This document shows positions 7,053 to 11,793 of a stretch of 11,793 nt of DNA, one piece after another. Every line of letters starts with the position of its first letter. The first letter of the stretch is position 1. The translations under genes and the position numbers were made by a program. Origin of the DNA: Candidatus Odinarchaeota archaeon (lineage in GTDB: Archaea > Asgardarchaeota > Odinarchaeia > Odinarchaeales > Odinarchaeaceae); NCBI GenBank assembly GCA_038826135.1, contig JAWBON010000035.1:1-11793 (forward strand), written 5' to 3'. Below the pieces are notes generated by a model that made no database searches, had not been told where the DNA came from, and saw only the letters and a program-made list of their open reading frames with translations.

Positions 7053-8390
7053 TCAGCTTAATCCTTTAGGAAGCATTTTCCCTAGTTTGCCCCTTCCCCT
7101 AGTTTTACCAACACTCTTAGCGAATTTCCTCATCATGTTATACTGGTCTAGCAGCTCCCTAACATCTTTAGAACTTGCCCCGGATCCTTTAGCTATCCTA
7201 TTTATCCTCGCTCTATCTATTATCTTGGGTTCTTCAAGCTCTTTTTTATTCATCGACTGCATTATAATTCTCCACTTATCCAGTCTATCAGAGGCCTCTG
7301 ACTCCCATCCTTCAGGTAATTTGCCTCCTAGACCGAAATAACTGAGTATTTTACTGAATGTACCAACTTTTTTAAATTTCTCCATCTGTTCTAACATATC
7401 TTTTAAAGTGAACTGGCCTTTAAGGAAGGCCTTAGCCTCCTCTCTGTCAGGAGCAGCTTCAGCCTCTTTTATCTTCTCGATTAATGTTTTCAAATCCCCC
7501 ATGCCCAGTAATCTGCTCAGAAAAGACGGCGGGTCGAAAGACTCTAAATCATCTATTTTCTCCCCAGTCCCGATAAATTTAATAGGGGCTCCTGTGGCTG
7601 CGACAGCGGATAGCGCTCCGCCCCCGCGTCCAGAGCCGTCTAGTTTAGTCACTATTATAGATCCTATGCTTGTCGCTTCAGCGAAGGCTTTAGCTTGAAC
7701 ATAAGCTTGTTGACCGAGTGAACCGTCTATCACCAGGATAATCTCCTGCGGGTTAATCTCATCAGCCAGGCTAACCATTTCCTTGAATAAGCTTTTCTCT
7801 TCTTTATGTCTTCCAGCTGTGTCTATTATTATAACCTCGAATTTTTCTTCTTTAAACTTACTTATACCGTTTTTAGCTATCTTAACAGCGTTCTTGGAAG
7901 ACGCTTCACCGTAAAATGGTACTTCTATTTGCTGAGTTAACTGTTTAAGCTGCTCGTAAGCTCCAAGTCTGAAAGTGTCAGTGCATATGACCGCTGTTTT
8001 AACCCCTCTTTTCTTAAAGTAATTCGCTAGTTTACCGGCTGTGGTTGTTTTACCGGATCCTTGAATACCAACAAGCATAATCACGTTACTCTGACCGGGT
8101 TTTATCTTAATCGGCTCACTTTTCTTACCTAAAATGTTTGTTAACTCTTCATATATCATTTTTAAAACATATTCTCTTCTTGTTATACCAGGGGGTAATT
8201 CAACCTCCATCGCTCGTTTTTCAATTCTCTTAGATAAATCTAGAACAAGCTCCACGTTAGTATCTGACTCCAGGAGTGCTCTCTGAAGCTCTATTATAAA
8301 TTCTTTAACCGCTTTCTCATCAACCAGGGGTGCTCTTACAAGTTTTCGCACGGCTTCACTTAATTTCTTACCCAGTGATTCTAAAACCAT
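7053..8390 (-). CDS. srp54: Signal recognition particle 54 kDa protein
   Basis: Motifs GIQGSGKTTT, DTFR, DTAGR, TKLDG, GTGEKIDDLE, RLLGMGD and M-domain RINRIAKGSG. ATG at 8390 (MVLESLG) preferred over TTG at 8396; GTGA SD at 8400-8397. Confidence 0.97.
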   Translation of the reverse strand: MVLESLGKKLSEAVRKLVRAPLVDEKAVKEFIIELQRALLESDTNVELVLDLSKRIEKRAMEVELPPGITRREYVLKMIYEELTNILGKKSEPIKIKPGQSNVIMLVGIQGSGKTTTAGKLANYFKKRGVKTAVICTDTFRLGAYEQLKQLTQQIEVPFYGEASSKNAVKIAKNGISKFKEEKFEVIIIDTAGRHKEEKSLFKEMVSLADEINPQEIILVIDGSLGQQAYVQAKAFAEATSIGSIIVTKLDGSGRGGGALSAVAATGAPIKFIGTGEKIDDLESFDPPSFLSRLLGMGDLKTLIEKIKEAEAAPDREEAKAFLKGQFTLKDMLEQMEKFKKVGTFSKILSYFGLGGKLPEGWESEASDRLDKWRIIMQSMNKKELEEPKIIDRARINRIAKGSGASSKDVRELLDQYNMMRKFAKSVGKTRGRGKLGKMLPKGLS

Positions 8391-8396
8391 ATTCAA

Positions 8397-8625
8397 TCAC
8401 TTTATTTAACGGTTAACTGGCTTATAACATATTAAGCTTAAACACTAAATTCTATAGCATGCTGCGTTAAATACTAAACTTTATATTATATAATCCTACT
8501 CGCACCATGCATTATTTTATTATTTTACGCTTGGTATAAGTTAATTAACCCTATTACTTAACTATACTTAGACCGGATATTTTTAAAATAGTGGATAATA
8601 TTAATGAAATTTCTAGGTGTAGAAT
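8397..8625. promoter_or_regulatory. Divergent promoter region for srp54 (-) and gatCAB (+)
   Basis: Very AT-rich non-coding gap between divergent starts. TATA-like TTTTTAAAA at 8580-8588 (about 40 nt before the gatC ATG), TTATAA at 8422-8427 (about 30 nt before srp54), CTTTATATTATATAA near 8479-8493; SD AGGTG at 8615-8619. Individual boxes are tentative. Confidence 0.55.
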
Positions 8626-8916
8626 ATGAGTGAGCTGATATCTAAAAATGTTGTCCTCCATATGGCTTGGTTATCCAGGATTTTTTTAACAGAGGAGCAG
8701 GTTGAAGCGATGACTAAACAGTTAAATGAGATTTTAGCATATTTTAGAAAACTTGACATTGTAGATACCAGTAATGTGCCCTTAGAATTATACGTGACGC
8801 CTCTCAAAAACGTTGTTAGAGATGACGTGGTGGGAGAGTCCTTAGACCCGGAGGACGCGTTGAAAAACGCGCCTAATAGAGAAGGTAAATTCTTTAAAGC
8901 ACCTAAAATGATGTGA
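8626..8916 (+). CDS. gatC: Asp-tRNA(Asn)/Glu-tRNA(Gln) amidotransferase subunit C (96 aa)
   Basis: Motifs [48 protein letters not shown]; SD AGGTG; directly upstream of gatA and gatB. Confidence 0.93.
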   Translation: MSELISKNVVLHMAWLSRIFLTEEQVEAMTKQLNEILAYFRKLDIVDTSNVPLELYVTPLKNVVRDDVVGESLDPEDALKNAPNREGKFFKAPKMM

Positions 8917-10429
8917 TTGAAATGAAGCGCTTATATGAGAAGCCTTTATACGAGTTAATGGACCTTATAAGAAGCCGAGCGATATCGGTTGAAGAGTTAA
9001 ACTATCAATTATTAGAGAATATTAAACACGTTGAACCTCAAATCCATGCTTTTATAAACCTGTTTGAAGGGGAAGCTCTATCTTTAAGCAGGTCTGTTGA
9101 CAGACATTTACTCGAGAAAGAGAATTCACCTGCTTTAGCAGGTGTCAACGTCGCTGTGAAGGATAACATCTCATATAAGGGGCATCCGACAACATGCGGC
9201 TCTAAGATTTTAGAATCTTATATTCCACCATATAACGCCACAGTTGTGAATAAAATTCTCTCCCAGAAAGCTATTATAATCGGTAAAACAAACATGGATG
9301 AGTTTGCAATGGGCTCTTCAACAGAGCACAGTCATTTCGGACCTACTAAAAATCCCTTCGACACATCTAGGGTTCCAGGCGGCTCATCCGGTGGTAGTGC
9401 CGCGGCTGTTGCAGCAAACGAGGCTGTCATCGCTCTGGGCAGCGACACAGGCGGTATCTATATACTTTAATGTATATAGCCGTAGGTGTGCGGCAGCCTG
9501 CATGTTTCTGCGGCGTAGTAGGGTTTAAACCATCATACGGTCTTGTAAGCCGTTACGGTCTAATAGCGTACGCTTGTAGTTTAGATCAGATAGGGCCTAT
9601 CGGTAAGAATGTCAGAGACGTAGCCATACTATTCGACTTCATAAAAGGGTATGATAACTATGATTCTACAAGTTTAAACCATGATATTGGAAGCGCTTCA
9701 CTATTCTTAGACAGTGATCTTAAAAATCTGCGTTTAGGTGTTGTTAAAGAGTTTTTCGGGGAGGGAACTGATAAGCGTGTTGAATCAGCTGTATGGGAGG
9801 CTGTTAATAGATTAGAATCTATAGGTTGCATGTACGATGTAATATCTTTACCGTACGTGGAACACGCTATCCCCGCTTACTATATTATCGCCATGTCTGA
9901 GGCTAGTTCAAATCTTGCAAGGTACGATGGAGTAAGATACGGTTACAGGGCGGATATAGACTCGGATTGGAACGATGTCTTTTCAAAAACCAGGCAGGAT
10001 GGATTCGGCTTAGAGGTTAAACGGCGAATTATGCTCGGAACATTTGCATTAACGGCAGGATACTTTGACCAATATTATTTAAAGGCTCTACAGGTTAGGA
10101 AACTAATTCAAGACGACTTTAAGCGGGCGTTCAAAAAATACGATATACTTGTAGGGCCAACATCCCCTATCCTACCGTTTAAACTGGGAGAAAAAATCTC
10201 AGACCCATTAGAAATGTATAGAATAGACGTGGACACCGTGCCTGTCAATCTCGCCGGGCTGCCTGCTATATCAATCCCCTGCGGGTTAAGTAACGGTCTG
10301 CCTATAGGAGTGCAGCTTATAGCTGATTTCCTAGAGGACTTGAAACTGTTAAATTTATCCTATAAACTAGAATGCGAGCTGAATCTTAAACTAAAACCTA
10401 AGCATATTATCGGTGGTGAATTTGACTGA
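8913..10429 (+). CDS. gatA: Amidotransferase subunit A, intron-containing: join(8913..9456, 9486..10429), 495 aa (492 aa if started at ATG 8922)
   Basis: The two track ORFs are the N- and C-terminal parts of one amidase-signature protein ([38 protein letters not shown] | [26 protein letters not shown]). Removing 9457-9485 gives GAC ACA GGC GGT A/GT GTG CGG CAG CCT = DTGGSVRQP, and 544+944 = 1488 nt = 496 codons. Confidence 0.92.
9457..9485 (+). other. Predicted 29-nt bulge-helix-bulge-type (EndA-spliced) intron in gatA mRNA: TCTATATACTTTAATGTATATAGCCGTAG
   Basis: Central 4-bp helix GCGG (9451-54) / CCGT (9480-83). 3-nt bulges TA^T (9455-57) and AG^G (9484-86). Perfect 8-bp intron stem CTATATAC (9458-65) / GTATATAG (9472-79) with a 6-nt loop. 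Exon-exon helix CACA (9446-49) / TGTG (9487-90) with G9450 unpaired. Canonical cuts after the second bulge nucleotide coincide with the junction required by protein conservation. Confidence 0.88.
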
Positions 10430-11793
10430 AGGTGAACTTATTATAGGTCTAGAATGCCATGTTCAGCTAACAGCGTTGAAAACCAAACTGTTCTGTTCCT
10501 GTAATGCAGACTATAGAAGTCTTGAACCTAACACTGTGCTCTGCCCTACATGTTTAGGCCTACCGGGGGCGCTGCCGGTGGTTAATAAGGAGGCTATCAC
10601 TTTAGGTTTAAAAGTGGCTAAAGTTTTAAACTGTCAGCTATCTGATAGAATCGTATTTTTCCGTAAGAATTATTATTATCCGGATATGCCTAAAAACTTT
10701 CAAATCAGTCAATATGATAGAGTCGGCGGAATCCCCCTGGGCAGAGACGGTTATATAATGGTAAAAACTGATTCAAGTGAAAGAAAAATCAGAATAAGAA
10801 GAATACACTTAGAGGAGGACCCTGCTAGAATAGTATACGTCGGCTCCATATCCACTTCACCTTATAGTTTAATCGATTATAATCGGGCTGGTGTAGCGTT
10901 ATTAGAGATAGTTACCGAGCCTGATCTCACCTCGGATGAAGAGGCTCATATATTTTTGAAGAAGCTTAGATCAATAGTGGAGCATTTAGGTGTCTCGGAT
11001 GGTAGTCAGCAGGGTACTATGCGCTGCGATGTGAATATCTCGCTTCGAGGTGGAAAAAGAGTTGAGATAAAGAACGTGTCCTCTTTCAAAGAGGTTAAAA
11101 AAGCTATTAAATACGAGTTCTTAAGACAAAAACAGCTTATTAAACGTGGAAGTGTTGTCGAACAGGAGACCCGTCACTGGGATGAGGTTAGGAAAATCAC
11201 AGTCTCCATGAGAAGCAAAGAAACCGAGCAAGACTATAGATATTTTCCCGAGCCTGATATTGTTCCTATTTACATAACAGGTGAATGGTTAAGTAAAGCT
11301 TTAACAGATTTACCTGAACTTCCGGATGCGCGTAAAATCCGTTTATCAACACAATATGGGCTGCCCTCCCATGACGCGGAGGTCCTCACCAACAGTAAGG
11401 CGCTAGCCGACTTCTTCGAGGAGGCTGCCCGTCTTTATAAAAATTATAAGAATATAAGTAATTGGATTATGGGTGATCTGCTAAGGAATTTAAACGAACT
11501 AGATATAGAGATTTCAGAGTCGAAGATAACCCCTGATAAACTAGTCTTAATGTTAAAGTTGATTGATGAAGGCGTGATAAGCGGGAAGCTGGGTAAGATT
11601 ATTATAAGTGAAATAGTTCAAACCGGTAAGGATCCTAGAATCCTAGTTGAGGAGAAAAAACTTAAAAAAATCTCCAGTGAAGAAACTCTTAATTTATTTA
11701 TAAACCAGGTGTTTCAAGAATATCCTGGCGCTGTTAAAGACGCTTTAAAAGATGAAAGAGCGGTTCACTATTTGATAGGTCAGGTTATGAAGA
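10422..11793 (+). CDS. gatB: Amidotransferase subunit B, 3'-truncated by the window edge
   Basis: Absent from the ORF track because there is no stop in the window. Hand translation from TTG 10422 (SD GGTGGTGA 10412-19) is open to the end: IIGLECHVQL, TKLFC, CLGLPGALP, RKNYYYPDMPKNFQISQY, IHLEEDP, DYNRAGVALLEIVTEPD, MRCDVNIS, VEIKN, QETRHWD, RSKE..DYRYFPEPD, IGQVMK. Confidence 0.96.
   Translation, partial: MTEGELIIGLECHVQLTALKTKLFCSCNADYRSLEPNTVLCPTCLGLPGALPVVNKEAITLGLKVAKVLNCQLSDRIVFFRKNYYYPDMPKNFQISQYDRVGGIPLGRDGYIMVKTDSSERKIRIRRIHLEEDPARIVYVGSISTSPYSLIDYNRAGVALLEIVTEPDLTSDEEAHIFLKKLRSIVEHLGVSDGSQQGTMRCDVNISLRGGKRVEIKNVSSFKEVKKAIKYEFLRQKQLIKRGSVVEQETRHWDEVRKITVSMRSKETEQDYRYFPEPDIVPIYITGEWLSKALTDLPELPDARKIRLSTQYGLPSHDAEVLTNSKALADFFEEAARLYKNYKNISNWIMGDLLRNLNELDIEISESKITPDKLVLMLKLIDEGVISGKLGKIIISEIVQTGKDPRILVEEKKLKKISSEETLNLFINQVFQEYPGAVKDALKDERAVHYLIGQVMK

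Noticed and set aside
3329-7698. Plus-strand ORFs 3329..3679, 6179..6445, 7087..7341 and 7408..7698
   Set aside because: Antisense shadows of ksgA, pus10 and srp54.
7053-8390. SRP54 motif variants DTFRLGA (usually RP) and TKLDGSGRGG (usually AK/AR)
   Set aside because: Single substitutions outside the invariant G1/G3/G4 residues; probably within normal family variation.
9457-9485. Insert as a MITE/IS footprint or tandem duplication
   Set aside because: No target-site duplication beyond 3 nt, no similarity to the flanking sequence, and no transposase in the window. The palindrome is internal and offset in a way that fits BHB geometry.
9453-9487. Ribosomal bypassing (T4 gene 60-like hop between matched GGT codons at 9453-55 and 9485-87) or -1 frameshifting
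   Set aside because: A GGT-to-GGT hop yields DTGG-VRQP, deleting the catalytic Ser. A -1 frameshift inserts about 10 residues into the active site and also lacks the Ser. Only splicing restores the motif.
8613-9528. ORFs 8613..8807 (-) and 9298..9528 (+)
   Set aside because: The first is antisense to gatC. The second is the third reading frame across gatA and the intron, with no recognisable product.
8913-10429. gatA as a dead pseudogene, a sequencing frameshift, or two independent genes (185 aa + 319 aa)
   Set aside because: Both halves retain all other catalytic motifs with no further lesions, and gatC and gatB are intact. The lesion is a structured 29-nt insert, not a homopolymer indel, and its predicted cleavage sites exactly restore the Ser codon. 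Not formally excluded without RNA data.
1-11793. CRISPR arrays, tRNA/rRNA genes, mobile elements, selenocysteine/pyrrolysine readthrough
   Set aside because: No repeat-spacer periodicity, cloverleaf, rRNA-like tract, transposase or integrase seen. The only internal stop in a conserved gene (gatA TAA) is accompanied by a frame change and explained by the intron.

Overview
This is an AT-rich archaeal chromosomal window of core information-processing genes; TACK/Asgard-like by gene content, but the lineage cannot be fixed from sequence alone. The minus strand carries a conserved archaeal operon, read 5'->3': srp54 - trmY-like - pus10 - rpl21e - rpo4(rpoF) - DUF655 - ksgA/rsmA - HemK2-type methyltransferase - DRG/OBG-family GTPase - trmJ. 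It is transcribed divergently from gatC-gatA-gatB on the plus strand, and gatB runs off the window. The standout is gatA. It is not two genes or a simple pseudogene: it is interrupted by a 29-nt insertion (9457-9485) that folds with its flanks into a tRNA-endonuclease-type bulge-helix-bulge/loop motif. Cutting at the canonical bulge positions removes exactly the 29 nt needed to restore the frame and rebuilds the AGT codon of the catalytic Ser nucleophile (GSDTGG-S-VRQP). This predicts a protein-coding-gene micro-intron spliced by the tRNA splicing machinery. Secondary observations: a HemK2 gene that can only start at a non-canonical ATA (ATAA overlap with the ksgA stop), a TrmY homologue with degenerate SAM-binding motifs, a candidate box C/D sRNA at 94-167, and a GC-rich structured element overlapping the trmJ ribosome-binding site.
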